Part shown: positions 11,536 to 25,200 of the stretch, one piece after another | How positions within the stretch are numbered: the stretch's first letter is position 1 | How the letters are laid out: each line of letters starts with the position of its first letter | Source of the DNA: Balanoglossus misakiensis | Lineage: Eukaryota; Animalia; Hemichordata | Length of the DNA stretch: 64,000 nt | Assembly: GCA_040954595.2 (NCBI GenBank) | Contig: CM082580.2 | Coordinates: 10,766,390 to 10,830,389 of the forward strand | Reading direction: 5' to 3' | The notes under the pieces: generated by a model | Database searches by the model: none | Seen by the model: only the letters and a program-made list of their open reading frames with translations | Told to the model about the DNA's origin: nothing | Made by a program: the position numbers and the translations under genes

Positions 11536-14500
11536 AAATAACGACTTTTTCGCTCCTTGGTTGGTCATGCGGACGGAAAGACACGATTTTAGCGAGTTTA
11601 TCTTTCTCTCTGCTGAGCACTCCGTATTCAGACTTGCCCAAGTGAACCGCGACAAAAAAAATGACCACGTTTCCCTGCATGTTTCTTATACCCGACAGAT
11701 AAAAAACGCAGCTCAGATATTGAAATGAATTGGATTATGAAAATGATAAAAATTACAATGATAATGTCGTTAAAAGTTTTCACAAAAAAAAAGAAATAGA
11801 AAAAAGTGGTCTCGAACCAACATCAGTTGACACCTTGAGGTAAAAGTCAAGCCTTCCTGAACCCTTCGCCATCACGATGTGTTCTCGAAAAACTTGGAAA
11901 TTTACCGCACTATATTGCAGCATAACTACAATGATCTTATTTGCACCGCAGCGGTGCCAACTCTTATTTGCACCGCAGCGGTGCAAATAAGAGTTCACAT
12001 CGCTGCGGTGCAAATAAGAGTTCCCTGCACCGCAACGATCTGACCGTTCTTTATTCACTCCTCGGCGACAAAAACGTTTTATTACGGCCTAAATAACGAC
12101 TTTTTCGCTCCTTGGTTGGTCATGCGGACGGAAAGACACGGTTTTAGCGAGTTTATCTTTCTCTCTGCTGAGCACTCCGTATTCAGACTTGCCTAAGTGA
12201 ACCGCGACAAAAAAAATGACCAAGTTTCCCTGCATGTTTCTTATACCCGACAGATAAAAAACGCAGCGTAGATATTGAAATGAATTGGATTTATGAAAAT
12301 GATAAAAAATTACAATGATAATGTCGTTAAAAGTTCTCAAAAAAAAATAGAAAAAAAAATGGTCGCGAACCAACATCAGTTGACACCTTGAGGTAAAAGG
12401 CTAGCCTTCCTGAACCCTTCGCCATCACGATGTGTTCTCGAAAAAGTCGGAAATTTACCGCACTATATTGCAGCATAACTACAATGATCTTATTTGCACC
12501 GCAGCGGTGCCAACTCTTATTTGCACCGCAGCGGTGCAAATAAGAGTTCACATCGCTGCGGTGCAAATAAGAGTTCCCTGCACCGCAACGATCTGACCGT
12601 TCTTTATTCACTCCTCGGCGACAAAAACGTTTTATTACGGCCTAAATAACGACTTTTTCGCTCCTTGGTTGGTCATGCGGACGGAAAGACACGGTTTTAG
12701 CGAGTTTATCTTTCTCTCTGCTGAGCACTCCGTATTCAGACTTGCCTAAGTGAACCGCGACAAAAAAAATGACCAAGTTTCCCTGCATGTTTCTTATACC
12801 CGACAGATAAAAAAACGCAGCGTAGATATTGAAATGAATTGGATTTATGAAAATGATAAAAAATTACAATGATAATGTCGTTAAAAGTTCTCAAAAAAAA
12901 AATAGAAAAAAAAATGGTCTCGAACCAACATCAGTTGACACCTTGAGGTAAAAGGCTAGCCTTCCTGAACCCTTCGCCATCACGATGTGTTCTCGAAAAA
13001 GTCGGAAATTTACCGCACTATATTGCAGCATAACTACAATGATCTTATTTGCACCGCAGCGGTGCCAACTCTTATTTGCACCGCAGCGGTGCAAATAAGA
13101 GTTCACATCGCTGCGGTGCAAATAAGAGTTCCCTGCACCGCAACGATCTGACCGTTCTTTATTCACTCCTCGGCGACAAAAACGTTTTATTACGGCCTAA
13201 ATAACGACTTTTTCGCTCCTTGGTTGGTCATGCGGACGGAAAGACACGGTTTTAGCGAGTTTATCTTTCCCTCTGCTGAGCACTCCGTATTCAGACTTGC
13301 CTAAGTGAACCGCGACAAAAAAAAATGACCAAGTTTCCCTGCATGTTTCTTATACCCGACAGATAAAAAACGCAGCGTAGATATTGAAATGAATTGGATT
13401 TATGAAAATGATAAAAAATTACAATGATAATGTCGTTAAAATTTCTCAAAAAAAAATAGAAAAAAAAATGGTCTCGAACCAACATCAGTTGACACCTTGA
13501 GGTAAAAGGCTAGCCTTCCTGAACCCTTCGCCATCACGATGTGTTCTCGAAAAAGTCGGAAATTTACCGCATTATATTGCAGCATAACTACAATGATCTT
13601 ATTTGCACCGCAGCGGTGCCAACTCTTATTTGCACCGCAGCGGTGCAAATAAGAGTTCACATCGCTGCGGTGCAAATAAGAGTTCCCTGCACCGCAACGA
13701 TCTGACCGTTCTTTATTCACTCCTCGGCGACAAAAACGTTTTATTACGGCCTAAATAACGACTTTTTCGCTCCTTGGTTGGTCATGCGGACGGAAAGACA
13801 CGGTTTTAGCGAGTTTATCTTTCCCTCTGCTGAGCACTCCGTATTCAGACTTGCCTAAGTGAACCGCGACAAAAAAAAATGACCAAGTTTCCCTGCATGT
13901 TTCTTATACCCGACAGATAAAAAACGCAGCGTAGATATTGAAATGAATTGGATTTATGAAAATGATAAAAAATTACAATGATAATGTCGTTAAAAGTTCT
14001 CAAAAAAAAAATAGAAAAAAAAATGGTCTCGAACCAACATCAGTTGACACCTTGAGGTAAAAGGCTAGCCTTCCTGAACCCTTCGCCATCACGATGTGTT
14101 CTCGAAAAAGTCGGAAATTTACCGCACTATATTGCAGCATAACTACAATGATCTTATTTGCACCGCAGCGGTGCCAACTCTTATTTGCACCGCAGCGGTG
14201 CAAATAAGAGTTCACATCGCTGCGGTGCAAATAAGAGTTCCCTGCACCGCAACGATCTGACCGTTCTTTATTCACTCCTCGGCGACAAAAACGTTTTATT
14301 ACGGCCTAAATAACGACTTTTTCGCTCCTTGGTTGGTCATGCGGACGGAAAGACACGGTTTTAGCGAGTTTATCTTTCCCTCTGCTGAGCACTCCGTATT
14401 CAGACTTGCCTAAGTGAACCGCGACAAAAAAAAATGACCAAGTTTCCCTGCATGTTTCTTATACCCGACAGATAAAAAACGCAGCGTAGATATTGAAATG

Positions 14501-15002
14501 AATTGGATTTATGAAAATGATAAAAATTACAATGACAACATCGTTAAAAGTTCTCAAAAAAAAAAGAAAAAAAATGGTCTCGAACCAACATCAGTTGACA
14601 CCTTGAGGTAAAAGGCTAGCCTTCCTGAACCCTTCGCCATCACGATGTGTTCTCGAAAAAGTCGGAAATTTACCGCACTATATTGCAGCATAACTACAAT
14701 GATCTTATTTGCACCGCAGCGGTGCCAACTCTTATTTGCACCGCAGCGGTGCAAATAAGAGTTCACATCGCTGCGGTGCAAATAAGAGTTCCCTGCACCG
14801 CAACGATCTGACCGTTCTTTATTCACTCCTCGGCGACAAAAACGTTTTATTACGGCCTAAATAACGACTTTTTCGCTCCTTGGTTGGTCATGCGGACGGA
14901 AAGACACGGTTTTAGCGAGTTTATCTTTCTCTCTGCTGAGCACTCCGTACTCAGACTTGCCTAAGTGAACCGCGACAAAAAAAATGACCAAGTTTCCATG
15001 CA
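11536..15002. repeat. Tandem array of ~554-bp units (6 full + 1 partial), each with an internal 85-bp palindrome
   Basis: Unit starts (aaataacgactttttcgctcc) at 11536, 12091, 12644, 13199, 13753, 14308, 14859. Units are near-identical apart from homopolymer lengths and a few SNPs; the last copy is truncated after ~145 bp. Confidence 0.98.
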
Positions 15003-18000
15003 AGTGTTTTCGCTCTGAAACGACTTAATATTTTGCATTCATGCTTGCGTAGTGGCATGATTATGTCAACACTTCCGGTATCAGAATAATTGATCCCTTA
15101 GTCGATACTATTTTCCCATCGATCGTTTACAAAGAAAACATTCTGTCAATCCTTACATTGCGACCTATGACGTCACCCAATCACTGATGGCACAGGGCAG
15201 TGCATATGCGTCAAATCTATGACGTTAATAGTAATTGACGACTGCGTAATTTTATCCGATACACCTGTGTATTCATCTTTTGAAGGTTTTGTTGATTGTC
15301 CTTCAACCGTGATATTTTCCAGATGTTTTGTTTTGGACAATATTAGTGAATAATTGGTCATATTTCCCGGGGCCGAAAGCGATCGTCGCTCGAAGGACCA
15401 TGATTCCAATATACCGTTCTGTAACAAAAATCTTCGAGTTTTGCAATTCACGTTTTCTGCATTGAAAACGCCCGCTTTCAAGCATGGATGATTAAAAGTC
15501 GTCTAACCGGAATAAAGACGATAAATAGTTTCAAGCAGAACATGCCAATGAGAAGTCTCGTCTTGCAAATGGCCCGGCAAGTTAAGAAAGGCAATAAAAC
15601 AGTGATAGCCTGGCCGTGCGATTGACGAACCACTCTAATGTCCCGCATATTTCACGCTTGATGCTTCGAATTGCACGGAGAGCCTTTAAACCACGTTCAC
15701 TATCCATACGTTTCAGTTTAGCGATCAGTGGATGGCTTTGGAATTACACTGAGAGTAGCGTTTCATTCACTGGGTCGAGTACTGGCGCTTTGAGCACGTT
15801 ATTTTTGAATGACATAAATACTTCTATCATTTTTATTTCGGAAATATGACTCACTAACCTGCATTGTATAGCTTACAGACGCGAAGTCACGCGTTCAACA
15901 GTGCTTGAAGTCAGTAGAGAAAGGTTATTCCTTTCTCACCTAAAATCGACCGGCAAATAAGTTCAATTGGTTTGATTTCAAACAATTCACGCCCTAAGCA
16001 ATTATTGTACGTTGAATGCAACATTATTTCCAAACCTATTCAGGATGTTGCCGTATGTACACAATAACTGCGCCGAAATTTGTCCAAGAAATCGATGCAC
16101 TGACAGAAACATGTTTCTAGAAATTGGGTCAAATAATCGCAAACTGTACGTCCCATTGATTTTCCAATTACCTTGTTGTTGTCGCCAAGCGGACGACGGC
16201 GTCTTCCACTGTCTGTTAGAAAGCGTTCAAGTCGATTTGCTGTGACGTACGAATGTTTTGATTCACGGTTCCAACAAATCATTTTTAATTTTAAAAGGAC
16301 ATTTATTAGCCGTAACATTTGGCTTTAGTTTCAGTATTTTTTGTTCTCTATACCAAATGCAATTTCTTGTTCTACTCCCACTGTTAATTCCGCCCTGTCT
16401 CTTACTAATTGATTCTGTTAACAACACAAATATGACGCGGAGCGATTTCGCTGGTGTGAAAATGAAACTCCAAACAGGAGTGAGACTCACGCGTCGGCTA
16501 TGGGCCTCGTCATATTTTAGGGGAAGCAATACTATAACCCAAAAAGACATGCACGACACAGATCTCGTGTCATAAATCTCATGTGACACAGATCATGTCT
16601 TCTATTACGGATGACTGGCTTACAATGTGACTGAATTAAGCTTGTGACAGGAAATGCTGGAAAAAAATCCCTTCATCGAGGCAATTTGTCTGATCGTTGC
16701 GAAATAAGCCGTTTTAATCGGCGTAGGTGGGATAAAAGCGTGGGCGTTGTTATTTTTCTGACATTAGCAGATTAAGAATATAGAGAAATAAAATCATAAA
16801 TGTCATAAGCTTATTGCTTTACAATTTGGTCATTTTTATGGTACATTAGAATCATTCTATAGTTAAAATAAACCTTACGTGTCCACTGCGAAATACAGGG
16901 GGGGGGTCTCGAAATTATGATCCACGCCTGCGGTAAAAACCACAGATAGGTAACGTTTTATTTTGCTGATGGCGTTCAGCCGACGTAATGATAATGTGTT
17001 TACCGATAATGGTATTGCGAGGAATAAAGTTTACGATAATGATCTTCACGAACTGTAAGGCACATCGACGTCATTATATGGACATATAAAGCTCCGTCTG
17101 TACCTATTCTATAGCTTCATGCAAAACTTGGCTAAACCTTGTATTTCTTGGCTAGCAACGCATTGCTATTGTAATTAGCAAAGTCTCGCTAAACCTCGCC
17201 ATGAGCGGAAAATCATCTGCTTGGTAGATTGATACTCGAACTGTGTGGGGAGGGCGTGTTAATTACCACAACTTTAGATCGGTTATTGTACCGACTTTTT
17301 AGAGGTGGTGTTTATGTATCGACTTCTTCAACGCGTGAGTTGGTACGGTTCGGTCCGGTAGGCTACATTCGAGATGAAATCCCGCAGAATAGAAGCGTAA
17401 TTACTGTTTTACGTGTAGACAAATTCGAGTGTGTGTTTTCTAACACCTGAGCTTGGGCCTGCTGATAGAAAGTCCATTAGCCAGAAGATTACTTAAAACG
17501 CAAAATACATTGTATGCATGCAATTCACAAAGCATTCGCTTACATGTCACAGATGTGTTTTCCCAGTAATCTCTCCTTATATGAATGGAAGAGTAAAAAA
17601 GGATTCTATATACGTGATATCTGTGATATTATAAAAGGTGTAAATACTATGTGGGTCTTCAGTAAATGCAGAAAATCTTTATTCTACACACTTACTGGTG
17701 TCAATGCCTATTTTTCTATAAAAAAAATTCAGTTCGATTACAAGAACTATCAGAATGAATTCTAAGAAAGAAAATCTGTTTCAACAACCATACATGCGTC
17801 CACTCTCGAATGCTTTTCGTGTAGTCTGTGCGTACGTATCAGAAGCCTCGAATAAGACAGAACATCTGCAATAATTGCTGTCCTTTCATATTCACATATA
17901 ATACTGTATTGGAAACGAATCGAGTAGCGCCACCACTGTCGAAACCCATGTTGCACGGCGCTGCCTATCATTGCAGTCCATTTTCCAAATCACATGTACT

Positions 18001-18052
18001 AGAATACTTGGGCTGGCCGAGGACTTGGGGCTATCACAGGAAATCTAGTCAC

Positions 18053-18130
18053 GGACACACACAGACAGATAGACACATAGACACACAGACAGGCATACTG
18101 TCGGGCAGGCAGGCAGGTAGATATATTGAC
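18053..18130. repeat. Degenerate (CAGA/CAGG)n microsatellite
   Basis: acacacacagacagatagacacatagacacacagacaggc...ggcaggcaggcaggtag. Confidence 0.65.
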
Positions 18131-21100
18131 ATATAGACAAAAGTACATATATTAAGGTCGACGTGGAGCAAAAACGAATAAACCCAAAAAATTGTCACCA
18201 TGGGGGCGCTCCAGTCCTACGTCGTTGTCAGGCGCCACCTGAAAGAGGCAAGATCTTTCACCATTCCGATCAATCCTCTCGCTGCTAACAGTGGCCCTCT
18301 CTTCTCTGTCAAGTGTTATTTAATTTACTCAATTTACACAAAGGTCCAGATTTGAGAGGCTATATTCGTTCAATCAACGGACGACAGTAAAGCTAAATGT
18401 TGGCGGGTAAGGTAGTAGATACCAAGGAATCTTTCTGAACAAATTGCTTACGCTACTCGTGCAGAAAACTTCACGACAAATATCGTTCTTCGGACGCCAT
18501 AAACATTCATGACCTGACATGTCTCCATGCCTTGTCACTCATAGTTTACTAGCGACTTCTAAATATTTTGTAAAGTCAAGAGGCCCAACCCAAACGTGCG
18601 CAGAAATGCATGCCATGTCGCGTCGACGTTTCTGTGAATAACTCCGGCCATTACTGTAATCTGACAAAAAAACAGTACAGTTTGAATTTACTAATCGTTC
18701 AAACAAAGAATTGTAAGAATGTCACGTGACAAAATGTCAACGGTACAAATGATCAATAATAAAATATGTCATAATGTGATTAGCGTAGGCGTATCGAGGT
18801 AATAATTACACAAGCTAAGTCAACTCTCGGAATTCAGCGATGTGAAACTTCCTGTACGATTAATGTGTACTCAAATCAATGCTCTGCAACCTATGAACTT
18901 TGACATCCTTCTTTCTGATTCTACGCTCATTCAGTCTGCATGCCTATCTCTCTGTCACTGTATCTGTTTCTGTCTCAATCCGTATGCTGTCTGTGTGATC
19001 ATGGCGGTACCTCCATCTCTCTCTCTGCCTGCCTGTATGTCTGTCTCTATCTCTCTTTGTCTCTCTGTCTCCACTGAGCAGTGCAGCCGTCACAGTCTTC
19101 AATTGTCTCATAAGCGCATTTGCTGCATGGGCTGTGGCAGACCTATCCCCTGGCGCATGCACGTTTCGCTTGTTCGCCATCAATTCGCCGCTTCCCGTAA
19201 AATTATAACGCTGTAATTTTTTTCTCTTCCCCGGCGCTGCAATCTCTACAGGGTTATTAAAAGCTGCGGGCAAGTATTCGTCGAGTTGTTGCTATGGCGA
19301 ACAATGCGTGTGTGATTGGGAATTACAGACTGTTTGCTATTTACAATCAACTGCGATTGAATCAATTTGAGCGGCACTTGAGATTTGAACGATGATGAAT
19401 TGGCCGATTTGTACCCTTGAGCTTGACTGAACGGGAAGGGCAAGCAAATACCGATAAAGAGAGGGGGAAATGCCGTTGAAATGTGGTACTGTGTAAACCA
19501 CAAAACAAGGCTTGCTTTCAGATCGTTGGAAAGCTTAACACTGAGTCCCACGGGAATATTCCACACGCACAAAAATCTTCCAGACGTTTGATTTTCCCAG
19601 CAGACAGTTCAGTCGCGATTCCGTCGATAATCGGTGCCAAAAAACCCCAACGGTGCTTGCTGGCGTAGATCTTCAGTGCCGGTCGCCAAGGAACAGACGA
19701 GTTGACCTCCTATTTTGTTTCGCATCTTTGCCTCTTCCTTTGCAAATTAATCCCGCCATGTTTTAAATAGCTCAGTGACTGTTGGCCTCCAGATCCGGCG
19801 AATGTTTTTAATAGCCCGGCGTCTGATCCCATCTGGTGCCCTTTAAGTTTGCGATGGGCCCGTTTAACCGAGAACTGAGTGTCATACATATGTCACTGAT
19901 TTTGTATTTCATTTGGTGGCGACGACGCCCCGCTTAAATAGCGTGTATTCCTACAAAAAAAAACGTTTTGGACCCAGCCAAAGGTGATCATACACGCTAA
20001 CCCCTCTGCCTCTTAGAGATGCAAGCGTGCAATCACACTTCATAGTTTGCTCCAGCCGCTTCCACCATTGCCTAGCAACGGGTGGATTTACACACAAATT
20101 GGTTGCCGGCGTTTTTTGATCGTTTTTCTGCCGCTATACGTGACACCGTTACCATAACAATTTAGGAAGTCATCGAGGGTGCAATTAAGGACACCAAAAA
20201 AATCAGGTCTGAATGGCTGCGGCGACGGAGGATTTGGAACATTAATCGGGCACAGGTCGATCTTCTTGACGGCAAAGTAGATCTGTCCCACTGAGTGGAA
20301 CCCTCTCCTCTTTCTGCAAAATTATGCCGCTCTTTGAAAATAAGCGAATCAAACTCCAAAACTGCTGGTCAGTACTGGCTAGCATGGATGGACATTTGCA
20401 CTTTGAAACTGTGCTCCCCGATATCTACGATCCTTTGAGGATCCGTACTCAGACAATCACAAATGAGTATACCGTAGATTTCATCTGAACATATAGAATC
20501 TGATAATTAATAGATAAATAAATGGATTACACATTTGCTTCGTTTGCATAATAGTTGCACGCAACTCTGGAAGAACGCACGGGCCCTGCTCACCCATTGG
20601 ACATAATCCCGCTTGTCGGATAGAAAGACTGCGGTTGAGCCGTCAGCACTATAACACACAATCTATCCTGGTTCATTTTAGCATTTAAAGAAAGAAGTGT
20701 CGTATTTGTACCACTTTTGGTACTTGATACACGGAAAGGCGATTGGAATGACGTCTCTCGCGCACGGAGAGCGTTCCTAAAATGAGGCCTGTCTTTGAAC
20801 AGCGTGCTCTGAAATCGTGGCAAGAGTTTGCACTGGCCACGGATATCTGTGTACATTTCTGTGTCGATGCGACGTCTGTACTTCATTTTGCGGTGGAGGG
20901 GCTGTGTTTGGGCGGGGGGGGGGGGTGGAGACACACGTGAAATAACTATCAGGTTCTGAGGTTCCTGCAAAGGGGGGACTGGCATTGTTCAAACTTAGGA
21001 CCCATGACTGAAAATGTGTGTACGACTCGTGCTGAAGAGTGGGTACTTCTCCGTTCATGAATGTATAAACCGGAGACTCCATACAAAAGCCTTGTTTGGA

Positions 21101-21164
21101 GAAGGTGGCCGTGGGTACATATTTGGTGCGCACATAAACATTTCCAGTGTCCCTAGCTCCTCCG

Positions 21165-21478
21165 AGAAGAGAGCGTTGAATTCGTCCAGAATGGAATAGA
21201 ATTGGGGTGCCGTGCCCTGTCATGCCATGCCAAGAAGGCAGAAGTTAAAAATTATACACCAATGATTGTTATGACCGGATCATTTTTTCCACGTGTACAG
21301 TGACACTTCCCGGGCCATCTAAGAAGAGAGCGTTGAATTCGTCCAGAATGGAATAGAATTAGGGTGCCGTGCCCTGTCATGCCATGCCAAGAAGGCAGAA
21401 GTTAAAAATTATACACCAATGATTGTTATGACCGGATCATTTTTTCCACGTGTACAGTGACACTTCCCGGGCCATCTA
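21165..21478. repeat. 157-bp direct tandem duplication upstream of RFX6
   Basis: 21165-21321 and 21322-21478 are identical except one substitution (attggggtgcc vs attagggtgcc). Confidence 0.96.
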
Positions 21479-22288
21479 AAATATTCATCAAGCTAAGGTG
21501 ACCTATGCCAGATCCAATAAGTTTGATTTCAGGTGTTGCGGACGGTGTGCCCGTGTGGACTATACCACCGACGAATAGGGGCGGGAGTGCGTCGAACCAT
21601 ATCGTTTAATGAAAGGGGATACAAAATTTGCTTTAAAATTGTCTAGAACGCCATAATTGTTGTTTTTAGGGTTTTCAAAAATTACAATGTGAGCTATTTC
21701 CGTCATTTTACTGACGAGTAGCGTCTGGGAAGGTGGTATCACTGCGAACCAACCTCCGGTCGAATAGATTTTTCCACAAGTTTGTTGTCCATCATTGTCC
21801 GTAAGTCCTGATAAAGTCAACGCGAAACCATAGCCTCTTCGGACGCCTTATCATGTCGTATTTTATCACAGTCTGATACCATATCGCGTCATCCGGCACT
21901 GGAATTGTGCTAGGAACTGCTCCGATCTTCAGATTTCCACACAAACATACTTGAAATCTCCCCCAGATTTGGGTTGTACGTGCCCCTTTTGCTAGTACCC
22001 CTCATAGTTGTCCCAGTCTGACCAGGTGAAAAAATCGTAGGTGATAATCGAATGAACAGGAAGTGGTACGGGTACTGTCTCCAGTGAACGGGAAATCTTC
22101 AGCTGTTCTTCGGGCCGAGCAGAAAATCCTCCTCGAAAACAAAAAAACGACTCACAAATCTCCGTGTGGGACACGATGTGGTGAGTTCTCAGCAACCAAC
22201 TTTTTTGTTGAGTTTGACTCGCTGGTGAGTCTCTGATCTGGTGGTGACGGTGAAACGTTTAGGGGGAAAAGTCTCGACGTGTTTTGCA

Positions 22289-25200
22289 ATGATGGACACA
22301 CTTAGCGGAGTCGCGTCGGCCTACAACGTGTACGGGGTTCACGCCACCGACACCTTGTCCACTCATGCCCCCTTCGCCTGGAACCACGACAACGACCAGG
22401 TCACGGCACTCCAAGATCTCCAAGTCCACCAAGGCGGAAACTTCAATGACAACGAGGAGGAGGAAGAAGACGACGACGACGACGTTCAAAACGGTGAGTG
22501 TATATATGTGCGTGTTTTGGTCTTACTTGTCAAGTACTTTAACCTGAAACTGAACAAAATTTTGACTTACATAATGTAGAGATCTAAATGAAGATACATG
22601 TATTGAAGTATACTTACATTGATCTAAAAGCGTGTTTTTTCAGTCCAGGAACGTTCGACAAAAATGTACTTATATATTTAAACATACCAGTCCTCATAGT
22701 GCGTTTATTCCTATAAAAGTCAAGTAAAGATGTAATGTGTTATTTATTGTTGTTTTTACTAAGCCTTTTTAATAGTGTTTAGGTGGAGCGTGGAATCAAT
22801 TTCCTTTCTTTGTTTTGTATGACTGTTTCTTTTTCCATAAGTGGTCGTTTTTGTGTAGCGTTTTTCGCAGTTGTGGCCGTATTTAGCGGCGGTAATTCGC
22901 TGAGCCTCCACTTTTGTCACACGTGTTAAAACAACAAAATGGCTTCGCGGTGGCACAACAAAGACAAAAGCTCTCTATTTGTGTTCGAGTTCACGCTGAA
23001 TTATTTTTAGGTTATCTGTGTCCATATCACAGTCAACAAGTGTGTTTTCCTCCGAAGGTGCACAACCCGTGAAAAGGGCCTTGGCTTGTGAGTGTATTTT
23101 TCGAAAAGATGAAAAATGTAAGTGAAACATTTAGCGTTTAAATGCATGGCGCCGTAATTGTTTGAACTGGTCCTTGATGAGATATTGAGTTGGATGACAA
23201 ACACGGCATTTGGCGAAAACGATGTCGCAATCCGCGAATGGCCAAACTCTATGAGTGCACGGTTATGAGTGCAACAACAAAGTGACGGACGGCAGCGACA
23301 CTATTCGTCGACAAACCACCTGTTGATTCGATCATCAATAACCCACGAATCGCGATAGCTGTATGAATTTGGCGAGACAGAACAGGTGTAGCAGGGGGGA
23401 TCATAGCCGCCATTGACGCCGGGGTGAAGAGAGACAGCTGTCCATTTGCACGAAGTGCGAAAAATCAACGTGTACTTGTTGAAGACACAACGAATGCAGA
23501 CACCTAAGAAAACACAAGTGTTGAGAACAAACCAATATAAATGTAACACTTCATGTCCAATCACCGATCCAAATTCTTGTTTTTCTTTCCCCATTCACTC
23601 TGCCCTCTTTACTTTTCCCACGTCGTCGACAATGTATCTTTCGTGATTTCTTTTCCAAATTTTGTTAATTGAGTCAAAAGTCGACTGGGAGGCATGTTAT
23701 TCAAAAAAGGAACACTCTACCCGTTATCTTGTCGTGGTATAGTCGCCAACTTCCTATAAAAATAAATCGGCATTAAATAATATTTATTTATAATGGCATA
23801 TTAAATGACATTTTCAATGTACATTTGATATATTTTTGCAGATATGATTGCACAGTTCCGGTATTAATTAATATTTGTCATTAAATGCTCGGCCTGTGAC
23901 GATTTTATAGGGCTTCAGAAGAGACATCGTCATGTACATGTACTGTATATGTGCCAGTGGTGCTCTTTTATCGACAAGTGGGGGCCTTTTCAGTAAAAGC
24001 GGTATAAAATGGGAGGTCGTGACCGTTTCGGTCCTTAAGTTCAGTTGCCACCGTCGACACTTCAGTCTGAGCTGGTCAAAAGCAGACGATTACGGGGGGG
24101 GCTAAGTTTGGGGAAGTCCTTGTATAGTTGCGGTACCCAAGCGAACCATACAAAGGATTTGAAGACTGATTTAGTAAGAAAAAATGACGAGAACTGACTG
24201 AACCCCACCGTTCTGGCGTCATCGACACGTCAGTCAGGATCCATCGCGCCAGTGGGCTTAACATGCAGACAACCCAATTATCCGCCTAGAAAACAGTAAC
24301 TTCTGTTGATCCGAATGTCTATTAACATATTATAAATCTTCGACTTGGGGCTTTGTTGTCGTGAAGGGTTCTGAGTTCATCCGATATGGGACACGAGAGG
24401 CGACAAACGTTTTAATGGCCAGGGCTATGACTAGCTTCAAATCAAATAGCTCCCTGGGAACGATTAGGAATCACTTGGGATAAATGCGATGGAATTATCC
24501 CAAACTTTGAAATGTGGACAAAACATATTCATTTGCGCAAATAAACTTTATCAATGTAGTGATTTCGTGTATTTTCTTAGTTGGTTCCTCTCCTGCAAAT
24601 TTTTAAGTCCTAATCATGATACTTTTATATTAAAAAACATGCCAATATGTGGCATGTTTCATTTATAAATTGTTGTAGATTTTGTTCACTTGGTGTCAAC
24701 AATATCCAGAGTGGTTGGCCCTGCCCGGGTTAGCCGGTGAGAGGAGGCATTTTCAGTTTTGGTTTTGTCGACCAGAAATGGTTATTTTTTTATATAACGC
24801 CACAATTTCTCAAGAAAAACACACCCAAGAACTTCGTCATTGAAATATTAGAACGCGTTAAATTATAAATATACTAATTTGTTTAGGACACTTTACACCT
24901 AGTCGTTAATTGTTCTCCTTCCGCCCTTCTCCCACAAACTGAACTTAGCCCATCGCTAAGCAACGAATTCTTGGCCGACCAGATCACCCGGGCAGCGAAC
25001 ACCTAACTCCACAGGTAGCCTGTAACACTACTTGCATTGGTACTGCCGTCTCCTCCCCATCGCAGATAGAGATGCGATAAGGCACATGGCTTGGGTGGTA
25101 GGGTTTCCTAGCAACGGACTTCTTCTGCGTCGACTGAAGAAAAACAACTATACTCCGCCGTAAATATGTCGCGAGTCGCAGGACTTTTTTCGCCTTTCAA

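Noticed and set aside
11935-12030. CRISPR-like array suggested by short palindromic repeats
   Set aside because: No unique spacers, sub-repeats are inverted and nested, no cas genes, eukaryotic context
11780-14826. Repeated 90-94 aa ORFs (MNKERSDRCGAGNSYLHR...) as a tandem gene family
   Set aside because: They start at GTG, run through the palindrome, and end variably depending on homopolymer length; by-products of the repeat unit
15173-16589. Possible recombinase/transposase remnant next to the array (RLTNHS resembles the Crypton TNHSLR motif)
   Set aside because: Only a five-residue resemblance; following residues and other catalytic motifs are absent and the ORFs are short. Needs tblastx/HMM to revisit
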